A stretch of DNA of 64,000 bases from Candidatus Kryptoniota bacterium (lineage in GTDB: Bacteria > Bacteroidota > Ignavibacteria > Kryptoniales > JAKASW01), in contig JBMFVE010000005.1 in assembly GCA_049966155.1 (NCBI GenBank), positions 36,330 to 100,329 on the forward strand, in the 5' to 3' direction. The notes under the pieces were generated by a model. It was not told the DNA's origin. It was given only the letters and a program-made list of their open reading frames with translations, and did no database searches. Position numbers and translations under genes: made by a program. Of this stretch, positions 39,634 through 50,583 are shown piece by piece (within the stretch, counting starts at the first letter, position 1; the number at the start of each line of letters is the position of its first letter).

Positions 39634-42600
39634 GTGCCGATAATCTTTACAAAAAATTTTAAGGAAGAAGTCCCAACAGACTTCCTGAATGAGATAGCCC
39701 GACGAACTGTAGCAAAGAAGGCTTACGATTACGTATATATCGTGCCAACGCGGCGTCGAGTCAGGGAAATTCAACGAGAACTTAATCGAGAATATATCTT
39801 TGGAACTCTCCCTGTTTATACATTGGAGTTGTTTGCAGCCGCATTATTTTCACAGGTTAATTTTGCAAAAAAAATCATCTCACCACCTATCCAGGCGATG
39901 ATTGTTGATAAAATCCTGTGTGACATTAAACCACGATACTTCATCAAGGAAGGAACATCGGGGCATGTCCCACCCGGCACTTTAAAAAAAATCGTCGACC
40001 AGATTTCCTACCTCAAGGAAAACGGTATTACACCGGAAGACTACAACACCTTAATTGGAGCTGCCGACGAGACTGAGCGGGCAAAATTAAAGGACTTTCA
40101 AAGAATCTATGCAGAATACCAGAATAGGCTTGGAGAAAAACTGGTCGATGCTGCGGGTATAATAGCAACGGTGAATAAATTCATACGTAACCGCTCGCCT
40201 GAACTCGACAGGTGGTTAAATTCGCCGTTAGTTTTCTTTATCGAAGGCTTCTACAGCTTTAAGAAACCTGAACTTGAACTGATTAAAAATATTTCCCTGA
40301 ACGCCGAGGCATGTTTTGCAGTGAAGCTCGACTGTACTTCAGAAAATGAAGAATTGTTCAGAACGATGTACCAGACTGCCGAGGAGCTTAAGTCTATTGG
40401 ATTCAAGGAGCAAAATCAAAATAGAGAAGATGAGCCATCATCAACGCAAATCTCAATCTTGCTTGGAAAGAGACTGTTTAAGAAACCTATCGGCGAAGTT
40501 AACAAGATAAATCTCAGAGAAAATTTTCTGCGGGTTTGCGTGCCTGATATATACTCTGAGTTGGAATACGTCGCTAAGCGCATTAAAGACATAGTTGCGC
40601 AGAACCCTTCACAGCAGTTAAGCAGAATATGCGTTGCGTCACATTTGCCACAAAACTATTCTCAAATCTTCAGAGAGGTATTTACCGCTTACGGCATTCC
40701 GGCAAATATAACTGATCGGTACACGCTAGACAACAGTGCGCTTATAAACTCAATCCTTTCATTCATTGAGCTCAAGATTAGAGATTTTGAAAGAGATTCC
40801 TTATTTCGCGCAACCAGTAGTGACTATATCATATTCAGCGAGCAGCATGAACCAAGAAAGGCAAGAAATATTCTGTACCGAACTGCAGCATTGTGTAAAT
40901 TTGAAAGAGGCTTTTCCTATTTTTTGAAAACGATTGAATCCAAAATAGCAGTTCTAAGCAAAATCCAGGAGGACTCAGATGCCGATAGGAAAGGTTCCAT
41001 ACAAAGGGACATAGAAACTCTTCAATCTGGTACCAAACTACTTAAGGAAATTAATGACAGGCTGCAAATCCTCAAGGATAATGTTACTGCAGCCGAGCTT
41101 AGAAATGAAATTATGCAGCTTGTCAAAGAGCTCCACATTTACGAAAACATTACCTGTATCAAAACGACCAATGTGCCAACGGAAATTATCGAAAGAGACG
41201 CGCGAGCGCTCTCAAAATTCTTTAGTGTTCTTGATGAAATCGTTGACCTGGGATTTGATGACAGGAGCATGGGGCTGTCTACATGGCTTGACAACCTTAA
41301 GGCAGCGTTACCTGCAACCAGATATAACATACGACAGCGTCACGGATACGGAGTTTATGTAACCGCTCTGGATGAAATACGTGGACTAAATTTCGATTAT
41401 CTTTTTGTTGTAGGCCTGACCGAGGGAGAATTTCCTTCCAAATATGAGCCTGAGATCTTCTTGCCCGTTCAAAAACAATTCGACAATAAGGAAATCAAAC
41501 CATATATGCAAAGATACCTTTTTTATCAGGCAATCACCTCGAGCAAAAAGGTTGTATTGATTTACCCAGCTCGAAAGGATCAGGTAAAGCTACCTCGCTC
41601 ATCTTTTTTAGATGCCCTCGAGTCCATAGCTGAATTTTCACATGTTGACTACAGGCCAGAAACAGGAAGTATAAACTTATACAATGCCCAACAGGTTATT
41701 TCACTATACCCTTCTGTAAAGGATGATGATACTATTTGCGAGAAGATAAATCCCTATCTGCCTCAAAACATCCGGAGATGTCTTCTGGCAGAAAGCGCTC
41801 GAATACGTAACGACAAAGAAAGCATATTTAATGGAAGAATTACTTCCAGAGATTTAGTTAACTCATTAAACATTCAGCTGAGCGAAAGAGTTTACTCAGC
41901 TGCACAAATCGAAACTCTTGCCCAATGCGGTTTCCGATTTTTCGCCGAAAGAGTTCTGCAGGTTGAGCCGCAGCCGGATATCGATTCGCTATTTACACCG
42001 CTGGAAAAGGGAAGCGCACTTCATAAAACACTTTATAAATTCTACAATGAAATGAAGCAACGCTCAAAGCTGACAAATATTGCAAATGAAAATCAGCTGC
42101 TTAAAGCGTATGGTGCACAGGTTTTGGACGAATTTGCTATTAACCATAAGCTTTTCGACGTTGAAAGAGACACAATAATTGGAACCGATTATGCAAACGG
42201 TACACTTGACCTGTTCCTACAGAACGTACAAAAGAACTTATCAGAAGTTGGTTTTACACCAGAAATGTTTGAACTCACATTTGGAATGCCCGTGATCACT
42301 GAAGATTTGGGACACCCTGAACCGGTTCAAATAGGTAAGGTGAAACTCCGAGGCAGGATTGATCGAATAGACAGGCACGCAGAAAAGGGGTTTGTGATTT
42401 TTGATTATAAACTGAGTAGCAGCATTCCTAACTACAAAGCAGTGGTCCTGAGGAAGACATCCCCTCAACTTCTCCTTTACCTTCTTGTATTACACACGCT
42501 GTTGAAGGACAAAGAGAATGCAGGGGATTTGTATGGTATTGCATATATTACACTAAACAGAAATGCGCTTCTGAACGGAAAGAATTCCATAAAATTTATT

Positions 42601-42882
42601 GTCAGGAATGAAGCAGGAGGACTCAATTACAGTTCTTCTATCACCGCATCGAGACAAAAGGATTCAAATCAACCTCTTCCAAAAACAATGGACGAATTAC
42701 TTGAACAGGCCACTGACTTTGTTTTAAACACTATCCAGAAGGCTATTGAAGGGAGATTCAACTTAACTGAGTTTGAGTATCAGGAAGTGTGTGTGTATTG
42801 TCCATACAAAGAAGCTTGTAGAGTAGTAGTGGTTAATACGTCTGGCAAATCACTCGAGAGCGAAAGACACGATCTCAACTGA
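39634..42882 (+). CDS. AddB-like inactive helicase with Fe-S PD-(D/E)XK nuclease
   Basis: IVPT, QCGFRFF, GRIDRID...FDYK, CVYCPYKEAC. Confidence 0.85.
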   Translation: MPIIFTKNFKEEVPTDFLNEIARRTVAKKAYDYVYIVPTRRRVREIQRELNREYIFGTLPVYTLELFAAALFSQVNFAKKIISPPIQAMIVDKILCDIKPRYFIKEGTSGHVPPGTLKKIVDQISYLKENGITPEDYNTLIGAADETERAKLKDFQRIYAEYQNRLGEKLVDAAGIIATVNKFIRNRSPELDRWLNSPLVFFIEGFYSFKKPELELIKNISLNAEACFAVKLDCTSENEELFRTMYQTAEELKSIGFKEQNQNREDEPSSTQISILLGKRLFKKPIGEVNKINLRENFLRVCVPDIYSELEYVAKRIKDIVAQNPSQQLSRICVASHLPQNYSQIFREVFTAYGIPANITDRYTLDNSALINSILSFIELKIRDFERDSLFRATSSDYIIFSEQHEPRKARNILYRTAALCKFERGFSYFLKTIESKIAVLSKIQEDSDADRKGSIQRDIETLQSGTKLLKEINDRLQILKDNVTAAELRNEIMQLVKELHIYENITCIKTTNVPTEIIERDARALSKFFSVLDEIVDLGFDDRSMGLSTWLDNLKAALPATRYNIRQRHGYGVYVTALDEIRGLNFDYLFVVGLTEGEFPSKYEPEIFLPVQKQFDNKEIKPYMQRYLFYQAITSSKKVVLIYPARKDQVKLPRSSFLDALESIAEFSHVDYRPETGSINLYNAQQVISLYPSVKDDDTICEKINPYLPQNIRRCLLAESARIRNDKESIFNGRITSRDLVNSLNIQLSERVYSAAQIETLAQCGFRFFAERVLQVEPQPDIDSLFTPLEKGSALHKTLYKFYNEMKQRSKLTNIANENQLLKAYGAQVLDEFAINHKLFDVERDTIIGTDYANGTLDLFLQNVQKNLSEVGFTPEMFELTFGMPVITEDLGHPEPVQIGKVKLRGRIDRIDRHAEKGFVIFDYKLSSSIPNYKAVVLRKTSPQLLLYLLVLHTLLKDKENAGDLYGIAYITLNRNALLNGKNSIKFIVRNEAGGLNYSSSITASRQKDSNQPLPKTMDELLEQATDFVLNTIQKAIEGRFNLTEFEYQEVCVYCPYKEACRVVVVNTSGKSLESERHDLN

Positions 42883-43701
42883 CTCTTTCACATAAATTAA
42901 AAACTTTTTTTCATGGGTGGACGGGCTACCAACAACAAAATAAAAATCGTTCATAGGTATATGAACACCTTTGTCGGTGACATCATCATAAAGTACCTTT
43001 CCAACTGGATCAGTAACCCTTATATGAGAGTCGTAAAGCTGAATTCCTTTCTCGTCAAAGCCAGACTTAATGTAAAAACCGAGAATAATTTTATCCGAAA
43101 GTGAGATCAAATTTGGCATTAGCGGGCTGTGAATATCCGCAAGCAGTGACTTAATCTGAGCATTATCCTCAAGCGGCTCAGGCAGCAGATACTGCATCTC
43201 GGTTTCATCTGTAAATTCTTCAACCTGCGGATCCTTAAAAGAAAAGCGAATCATCTCTTCACCGCTCTTATAATTCATGCCGATGACCTCTGAATCTTGA
43301 AATGAGTCTCTTAGCCCATAGACGACGTCATCATTAATGGCCAGCAGCTTACAATCACTGTTTTCCCAAATTAGCTTCCCGGTAAAAAGATCAACAGCAA
43401 ATATTCCCATGGTATGGGGCATATCAGGTCTGACAAATTGGTGGATGAACAGGACATCTCTGTAAATTCTATCAAATGTGACCCACCAAGGCTCCGCAAG
43501 AGTAAACTTTTGCCACAATACGGTCCCCGAAATAATGTCTATCCCGGAAAACTCGACACGTTTCTTTGTTTCATCACGAAGCTCGGCAACCAGCACACCA
43601 CTCCCAGGGAGAAGTCTCCACACTTTCTTCCGACTCCCGTTGTCTTCTTCAGGTGCCCGAAATTTCCAGCTTGGTGCAGCGCGCTTTTTAAACCAAAGCA
43701 T
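42850..43701 (-). CDS. DUF4905-like protein (beta-propeller/PQQ-like repeats)
   Basis: VWRLL...ELRD; repeated D..SG..LW and D..TGK.IW. Confidence 0.6.
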   Translation of the reverse strand: MLWFKKRAAPSWKFRAPEEDNGSRKKVWRLLPGSGVLVAELRDETKKRVEFSGIDIISGTVLWQKFTLAEPWWVTFDRIYRDVLFIHQFVRPDMPHTMGIFAVDLFTGKLIWENSDCKLLAINDDVVYGLRDSFQDSEVIGMNYKSGEEMIRFSFKDPQVEEFTDETEMQYLLPEPLEDNAQIKSLLADIHSPLMPNLISLSDKIILGFYIKSGFDEKGIQLYDSHIRVTDPVGKVLYDDVTDKGVHIPMNDFYFVVGSPSTHEKKFLIYVKESVEIVSFALE

Positions 43702-43802
43702 TATTATAATAAAATTGTAACGTCTCCTAAGTTTATCGACTTGCAGATCATCTGGAAGAATTGGCGGTTCGAGTTAGTATTGGGCCTCTTACTCAGAATC
43801 TC

Positions 43803-46295
43803 TTACTTCAAAAGAGTCATTTTTCTCACTGCAGTGAGCGGTTGCTGATCGCCCGCTAACGGTTGAACTGATATTCTGTAAAAATAGACACCACTTGGCA
43901 AGGCTGAAGCATCAAAATTAACATTATGATCTCCTTTGTTTTGTCTCCCATTAAACAAAGTTTTTATTTCTCTGCCCAGAATGTCATAAACTCTCAGAGT
44001 GACATAGCTCTCAGAAGGTAGCCGATAGCTAATCAAGGTCGACGGATTAAATGGGTTTGGATAGTTCTGCCCTATTTCAAATTCTTCAGGTCTAACTTCA
44101 GGTGTTGCAATACCTGTTGCCAAATCTACCCGCCAAACCCCTCTACCGTGCGTCGCAATTCGCAATGAGTGAGCAGAGTATTGAATAGCTATGTCATCAA
44201 CTACAGCATTTGGAAGCCCAGTCCCGAGTCTTGACCATGTGTTCCCTGTGTCACTACTGAAATAAACTCCCTGGTATGTTCCAACATATATGTTGCCGGT
44301 TATCGAATCAATACACACAATCTTTGCCAAAGCCTGGCTACCGAATCCATTAATAGTGGTTGTCAAAGGCGTCCAGGTTTGACCATAGTCTGTGGTTTTC
44401 ATTACAAATGGAAACTTGAGCATAGCTACATACGCAACACCCATCTTTTCAGGATCGGCAGTGACTCGAGCAAAATCTGCTGAAGTATCCCCGTTGACAG
44501 TGATATCAGTCCAAGTCTTGCCGCTATCCTTAGAAACATAGAGGAAATTCGAGCCAGAACCACCGCGATATCCACTTATCCCTGCGTATATCACATTAGG
44601 CTCAACTGGGGACAAAGACATTGTTGTAACAAGTTGTCCTTTGGCCTTCAAATAGCCATTACTTCTCACAAACCAATTGTTACCACCATTTGATGTCCAG
44701 TAAATTTTATCGGTAGCTGTATAGAGAATGCCGGTATTATTCGGATCCATTACATATGGTTGTGTCCAGTAACCTTTCTCACTTATCCCGTTAGTGATTG
44801 TATTAAAGTTTTTGCCGCCGTCTGTAGACTTGGCCAACGCTCCGTTTACGTACTCGCCGTATATCACCGACGGGTTCTGAGGATCAATTGTCACGTAACC
44901 ACCATCGCCAGAATATATTTCATCCCAGCTCATGGCGGGTGATAAATTCCTCTCCGTTCCATTATCCTGCGTTCCACCATAAGTATAAAGCGGGTTGCTC
45001 GGATCTATTCCGACAGCATAAAATTGTGTTATCTGAAGATTCGAATTGCATGAGGAAAACTGAGCGCCACCATTCAGAGTTTTCCAGACACCTCCGTCAT
45101 TACCAAGATAAAAGACATTCCCATTCCCTGCCTGAAAGGACATAGAATGCTGATCGGGATGAACGGTACCGGTGGTATATGCGCGGGTGTAATTTGACCA
45201 ACTCTGGCCACCATCTGTCGATTTCCACAAATCAACCCCTCCAAGGTAGACTATGTTGGGATTTGTTGGATCGACGGCAACAAAATTGTTGTACCATCCC
45301 TGGCCTCCACCATAATCTACATTTACAGGAAGAGAATTCCAGGATTGTCCCCCATTTGTGGATTTATAGGCACGGGTGGTATCCTGACCGCTTTTCAATG
45401 GATTAGTGCCATATACGCTGGCGTAGAGGATCTGGTTATTACTTTGGGAAATGGCAATTTGTATTCTTTGAATTTGGCCCGACGGGGGGAGGCCTGTTGA
45501 TTGTTTAAACCAGCTCATTCCTCCGTCAGTCGACTTAAAAACACCAAAACTTGTATCAGAGGGAGAGGAAGAAGAGTAGTAACTACCCCTTGCAGCATAA
45601 ATTGTAAACGGGTCAGATGGATCAATGGCTACATCCTGAACAGCGCCATATCTGCCCGGGACAAGATTGAGTTCAGTCCACGTCTTGCCAAGGTCTGTTG
45701 ACCTATAAATATCATAATAGCCACAAACATAAATTACACTGTCGTTTGAGGGCGCTATTGCAATTTTCCCTGTGTAGTAAATGCCTCCAGGCAGACTTAC
45801 CTGCTGCCAATTTTGTCCACCATCTCTCGATATGTAAAGTCCTGAACCCGGATATGAGTCAATTGAATAATGCAGTTCCCCCTGACCATAGTAAACAATC
45901 TGATCATTAACCTGATCTACCGCAACACAACCAGAAGAGAGCCGCGGTAAGTTGTCTGTAAGCGGAGTCCATGTGTTTCCACCGTCAGTTGTCTTCCATA
46001 ACCCACCCCCTGCAGCAGCTGCGTACACAATGTTCGGATTCAGCGGATCAACCGCAACAGATGACACCCGTCCCGAGGAGGGATCCCGACCGTAAAGGAG
46101 ATTAACAGGTTGAGGCCCAATGGCAACCCAGTTTGCAGCTTCAACTTTCGGCAACAAAAGAGGCTCGCGGACATACTTCACTTTTGTCAGTTCAGACGGA
46201 ATAATCCTCAAGAATTTTATAGCGTCGTTGTCCTTTTGAGCCTTCAGGGGTGATACTACTGCAATCACAGCAAAAAAGATCAAAATGTGCTTCAT
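43803..46295 (-). CDS. secreted BNR/Asp-box beta-propeller protein with T9SS C-terminal sorting domain
   Basis: Signal peptide, ~12 S/T-x-D/N-x-G-x-x-W/F repeats, QNYPNPFNPST tail. Confidence 0.88.
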   Translation of the reverse strand: MKHILIFFAVIAVVSPLKAQKDNDAIKFLRIIPSELTKVKYVREPLLLPKVEAANWVAIGPQPVNLLYGRDPSSGRVSSVAVDPLNPNIVYAAAAGGGLWKTTDGGNTWTPLTDNLPRLSSGCVAVDQVNDQIVYYGQGELHYSIDSYPGSGLYISRDGGQNWQQVSLPGGIYYTGKIAIAPSNDSVIYVCGYYDIYRSTDLGKTWTELNLVPGRYGAVQDVAIDPSDPFTIYAARGSYYSSSSPSDTSFGVFKSTDGGMSWFKQSTGLPPSGQIQRIQIAISQSNNQILYASVYGTNPLKSGQDTTRAYKSTNGGQSWNSLPVNVDYGGGQGWYNNFVAVDPTNPNIVYLGGVDLWKSTDGGQSWSNYTRAYTTGTVHPDQHSMSFQAGNGNVFYLGNDGGVWKTLNGGAQFSSCNSNLQITQFYAVGIDPSNPLYTYGGTQDNGTERNLSPAMSWDEIYSGDGGYVTIDPQNPSVIYGEYVNGALAKSTDGGKNFNTITNGISEKGYWTQPYVMDPNNTGILYTATDKIYWTSNGGNNWFVRSNGYLKAKGQLVTTMSLSPVEPNVIYAGISGYRGGSGSNFLYVSKDSGKTWTDITVNGDTSADFARVTADPEKMGVAYVAMLKFPFVMKTTDYGQTWTPLTTTINGFGSQALAKIVCIDSITGNIYVGTYQGVYFSSDTGNTWSRLGTGLPNAVVDDIAIQYSAHSLRIATHGRGVWRVDLATGIATPEVRPEEFEIGQNYPNPFNPSTLISYRLPSESYVTLRVYDILGREIKTLFNGRQNKGDHNVNFDASALPSGVYFYRISVQPLAGDQQPLTAVRKMTLLK

Positions 46296-46314
46296 GATTC
46301 TCTCTCTCCATTTA

Positions 46315-46716
46315 TTAATGATTAATATGTAAATGCTCCATTCTCATTGCACCTTCAACTGCAATTAAGAACTTGTGAAGAAAAGTCTTTCCACCTACTG
46401 TTCTCACAGCAAGCACGTGCTGGGAAACACCAACGGTTAATCTGGTTTGATATAAAAGAACATACCAGCGCCCAATTAAACAAAACCTTTCCACATCGGA
46501 GCTGTCCGGTAAACAAATCCTGTTGCTTACAGAATCTATTTGTGCAGCTTCTAACTCATAAGGCGATCTTACAAAAAAACGCAAACTTGTCGAGCCAAGA
46601 TTTGGCAGCTCTATTTTCTTAAGAGCTTCAAGTTGCTTACCATTCCAGTAGTAAAATTGAGGCCCTCTTTGACCCGAAATAAGAAGTAAAAATGATATCG
46701 GAAAAAGCCAGCTCAT
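46315..46716 (-). CDS. hypothetical exported protein
   Basis: ORF with SD-like GAGGG and hydrophobic N-terminus, co-oriented with neighbours. Confidence 0.5.
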   Translation of the reverse strand: MSWLFPISFLLLISGQRGPQFYYWNGKQLEALKKIELPNLGSTSLRFFVRSPYELEAAQIDSVSNRICLPDSSDVERFCLIGRWYVLLYQTRLTVGVSQHVLAVRTVGGKTFLHKFLIAVEGAMRMEHLHINH

Positions 46717-46784
46717 TTCAATCCCTCATTCATGAATACTTTACAAATAAAGATAAGCACAGCATCTAAATTTTGCGAGATATA

Positions 46785-49025
46785 CTATCTGATCACAATC
46801 AACTTTTTGACCTCACTAAATGATTCTGTCATAAGTCGGTAAAGATACACCCCTCCTGGGAGTGCACCTGCATTGAAGTCAACTTCGTAACGTCCCGGAT
46901 CTTTCTTCTCGTTAACCAGCACCCTGATTTCTCTTCCCAGCACATCATAAACAATGAGTTTCACATGCGAATGTCTGGCAACGTCGAATGAAATTTTCGT
47001 AGATGGGTTAAAAGGATTCGGGTAATTCTGCATCAGCCGAAACTGCGATGGTTTCAATTCAACGACCTGACGTAGACCAGTTGGGGAAAAACTGACATAT
47101 GCCCTGACCAGGTAAACATAAATCGTATCAGAGTTCTTGGTGATATAATACCAGTTTGATGAACTATTCAAATAAGTATAGCTATGATAGTCCGAGCTAC
47201 CGGGATAGTAAGATACCATCACACCTGGCGTTGAAGGATCCTGCCCGATTACAAATGCCACAGCAAATGGATTGTCTGTATTAATTGAATACGCGGTAAG
47301 ATTTACATTACTCCAATTAGCATAGGGGACAGGATATGGAAATGGAGAAGTTGTCGATATGGATGCAGAAATAGGAACTGCCAGAGGTTTACCAAGTGGA
47401 GTTGGTCTTACGGTACCTGTATAAGCGTACACTCCCCCTGTGATTACTCCAGCACGTCTGAGCGCTACGCGGACAGAGTCAAGTTTTCCACCGGGCACGG
47501 GATCGAATGTTACACATATTGTGTCATTCAAGGATAGAGCACTGCTTCCAAAATAACCGACCGGTTCACTTTGATCCCACTTTAATTCTGCGATTGCGCT
47601 GTTGCCGCGAGACGAAAAAGAAATGACCTGAGGATTTAAATAATCCGTATTAATAATCACAAAATCAATCTCATTGTAAGTGGTTCCATAGCCCGGTTCA
47701 TTAAACTCCGTACCCGGAACGATGTCCACCAGGGAAACACCGCTTTTGCTTCTCCTGATTGCCTTGATTAATATTTTTGAGCTCGTGGTATTGAATGTAA
47801 TTGATAAGTTTAATCCCCCTTTGTAGATAAGGTATCGACTTCCAAGGTTGGCTATAGTATCAGTCGTGTTTATGACATTCGGATTGAAGAAATTAGGACC
47901 CGAAACCGCCGGCAAATTCGGGTAAACATAACCATATGCCTGATTTAATGATCGGTCATTTAAAATGTTTGCAATTGTCCATGTACCGAAAAGGTCATCA
48001 AATCTCAACATTGTTCCGAATTTTGAAAATGCGTCGTTGAGACCTTCAATGCCGTGAAGTGTGCTGGCAACAATTTGCTTGAACACGCCAATGCCAAGCT
48101 GATCCCTGATATAGACCGCAAATCTAGCAGCACGAGAATAATCGTTCAGCACAGCGACATTGTCATTTGATCGCCAATCAAACAAATAATGATTTGTTTC
48201 ACGACTGAAATACGACTGATTATAAATTGGGTACCCGCAATTCACTTCAGCAAGTAGGGAACATCCCTCGTTAACAAAAGAAATCTCGTTTCTATCATAA
48301 TTCCAGTGAATCATGTGCTGAAACTCATGAGCAGTTGTCGACATAGCTGATCGCAAGCCTGCTGAACTGGAGAGGTCAACAGGGTTTGCGTCAATGAAAT
48401 ATATCTCTCCCTTATTGCTCTGTGATACGTTGAGCTCGTTTCTGCTATAAAAATAACCTTCAACGTAACCACCTACCCCGTTCCATCCGTCGACTATATT
48501 TAAGACCAGGATAACTATTTTCGGATCGGAATCAACATCGGGTGGATTTCCAAATGCATCGACATCCATTTGATAAATGCCATTATGTGGGTCTGCAGGA
48601 CTACTAGAATCAAAAGCCGACAAAATCGAATCAACATTTGCTTGGCTAACCCGATTGTTCCACAGCGAATCTTCAACAAAAACATAACAGTGCGAACCAA
48701 CTCCCCTGCAGGTGGACTGAACAAGGTATTCGTTACCGGTTACAAAGTCATGTGCGTACCACTGATGCGGGGATCCAACTGAGAAGCCCCACGAGCTCTT
48801 TTTAAGCCCCGGTTTTATCATCGATTCAGGATGGTGATCAACATATTCACGGAGAGCAGCTTCTTCCTTCCAAAGAAGATGGCTGCCTGGAACTGGATAG
48901 CTTCCACTTGCTTCAGAAACCGGTCTGACGTGGAGTGATAAATATTGAGAAAAAGCATTCGGGTAAAGTAAGGCACTCCACACCAGCACAGGAAAAACGA
49001 GGGACTTAAAGCCTTTTGAAAGCAT
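46785..49025 (-). CDS. secreted zinc metallopeptidase (M30-like) with T9SS sorting domain
   Basis: AHEFQHMIH...NEG zincin motif; QNYPNPFNPST tail. Confidence 0.82.
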   Translation of the reverse strand: MLSKGFKSLVFPVLVWSALLYPNAFSQYLSLHVRPVSEASGSYPVPGSHLLWKEEAALREYVDHHPESMIKPGLKKSSWGFSVGSPHQWYAHDFVTGNEYLVQSTCRGVGSHCYVFVEDSLWNNRVSQANVDSILSAFDSSSPADPHNGIYQMDVDAFGNPPDVDSDPKIVILVLNIVDGWNGVGGYVEGYFYSRNELNVSQSNKGEIYFIDANPVDLSSSAGLRSAMSTTAHEFQHMIHWNYDRNEISFVNEGCSLLAEVNCGYPIYNQSYFSRETNHYLFDWRSNDNVAVLNDYSRAARFAVYIRDQLGIGVFKQIVASTLHGIEGLNDAFSKFGTMLRFDDLFGTWTIANILNDRSLNQAYGYVYPNLPAVSGPNFFNPNVINTTDTIANLGSRYLIYKGGLNLSITFNTTSSKILIKAIRRSKSGVSLVDIVPGTEFNEPGYGTTYNEIDFVIINTDYLNPQVISFSSRGNSAIAELKWDQSEPVGYFGSSALSLNDTICVTFDPVPGGKLDSVRVALRRAGVITGGVYAYTGTVRPTPLGKPLAVPISASISTTSPFPYPVPYANWSNVNLTAYSINTDNPFAVAFVIGQDPSTPGVMVSYYPGSSDYHSYTYLNSSSNWYYITKNSDTIYVYLVRAYVSFSPTGLRQVVELKPSQFRLMQNYPNPFNPSTKISFDVARHSHVKLIVYDVLGREIRVLVNEKKDPGRYEVDFNAGALPGGVYLYRLMTESFSEVKKLIVIR

Positions 49026-49057
49026 AATAAAATCCTTTCTACCTTTTTCTAAATGGG

Positions 49058-49405
49058 CTATTTTAACGGTTCATATCCAGTTACAAGAATCGAATTCCCA
49101 TCAGCGGAAACACGCATCTTTTTAAAAAATATCCTGGTTTTCCTCCCCTGATATTTATATAGGGCATATATGACATCCTCTTTTCCTGAGAGTATATACA
49201 TTTCCTTTTGCTTAACTACAGAGGCAAGCTCTCCTGAAGCACATATAGAGTCTGCCTCTATTGCAAGATGAGTAAATGGCTCATTTCCGATCACATAGAG
49301 TGTTCCCTCAATACAGTTATGGTCAACCGAAATCTCGCCTGTTCCAGCGCATGAGGAAAAAATTACCACGAGGAACATAGCAATTGCGGAAAAACGCGTC
49401 CTCAA
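49058..49405 (-). CDS. hypothetical lipoprotein
   Basis: Lipobox-like FSSC after a hydrophobic stretch. Confidence 0.6.
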   Translation of the reverse strand: MRTRFSAIAMFLVVIFSSCAGTGEISVDHNCIEGTLYVIGNEPFTHLAIEADSICASGELASVVKQKEMYILSGKEDVIYALYKYQGRKTRIFFKKMRVSADGNSILVTGYEPLK

Positions 49406-49586
49406 TTTTTACACTCCAGCTTTTTGGAAAATAATAATGAATCTTATAAAAACAAATTGCGATGCACACATCTCAGGTTGTAAAAAGTCTTGGCTTGCTT
49501 TTTCAAAATTTCTCTCATTACTTAATCCGCACAAAAGGAAGAAAAATAGCCAAATTTAACTGGAATAAAAACTTTATAACAAAGGT

Positions 49587-50579
49587 ATGACAAAAGCTAA
49601 GCTTCAAAGAGAGCTGGAAAAGATACGATATCTTGACACTCCAATATGTGAACTCAATCCAAAAATCAACGGCTCCCTGCAAAAACTGATAAGGCAAGTT
49701 GAACTGGAAGCCTCCAGAAAGGGGATTAAGTTCAGACCAAAATATTACCTTGGGACTGGCTGGGGATGTGTAAACAAAAGCATTTCAATTGAAATTCCAT
49801 TCTGGTTCCAGAATGAAACGCTTATGGCCATCGAGGATGAGATGGCATATGATGGAGTAGAGAACGAAGCGGAAATTAAGATGGGGCTGCGTCATGAATT
49901 GGGTCACGCTATAAATTATGCTTATAAACTATACAAAGACCCTGAATGGAAGGGTCTCTTTGGAAATTTTTACAAGAAATACCGTGACAGTTACAACTTC
50001 AATCCATGGAGCAAACGCCATGTTAAGCACCTCCCAGATCATTATGCCCAGAAGCATCCTGATGAGGATTGGGCTGAGACATTTGCTGTCTGGCTTACCC
50101 CAGGGAGCAACTGGAGAAGAATTTATGCCAAAACACCGGCGTTGAAGAAACTTCTTTACGTCGATAGAAAGATGCATGAGGTCGGCAAGCTTCCACCAGT
50201 AAATACAAAGGAAAAATTGGACGTTCCAATCGAGAACGTAAAGATAACTGTACGTGAGTTTTACGATGTGGCCTACAACGAAGTTACTTCCTTTGAACAC
50301 CTTGTTGAAGACGTGGATGCGATGAAGCGGATCTTTCCTAACGGATTTCAAACAAAGAGAAATACGCGCGACGCATGGAAACTGGTGCATAAGTACTCTG
50401 GCCTGCTCATTTCCAAACTTTCAGACGAACTGGATGTTCCATTTTACAGCGCTCGTTCAACTTTACAGATGCTGGAAAGCATATGCAAATCTTATGGACT
50501 GAAAACGCGTCAGGGTGACGAGGACGAAAAACTTATATTAATCTCACTATACCTTGCAAAAAAGTTCAGCCGGGATTGA
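49587..50579 (+). CDS. putative zinc-binding metallopeptidase (Peptidase_Mx-like)
   Basis: HELGH; YAQKHPDEDWAETFAVWL. Confidence 0.8.
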   Translation: MTKAKLQRELEKIRYLDTPICELNPKINGSLQKLIRQVELEASRKGIKFRPKYYLGTGWGCVNKSISIEIPFWFQNETLMAIEDEMAYDGVENEAEIKMGLRHELGHAINYAYKLYKDPEWKGLFGNFYKKYRDSYNFNPWSKRHVKHLPDHYAQKHPDEDWAETFAVWLTPGSNWRRIYAKTPALKKLLYVDRKMHEVGKLPPVNTKEKLDVPIENVKITVREFYDVAYNEVTSFEHLVEDVDAMKRIFPNGFQTKRNTRDAWKLVHKYSGLLISKLSDELDVPFYSARSTLQMLESICKSYGLKTRQGDEDEKLILISLYLAKKFSRD

Positions 50580-50583
50580 TCAT

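Noticed and set aside
43803..46295. Repeats as a CRISPR-like or DNA repeat array
   Set aside because: They are protein-level Asp-box repeats with divergent DNA
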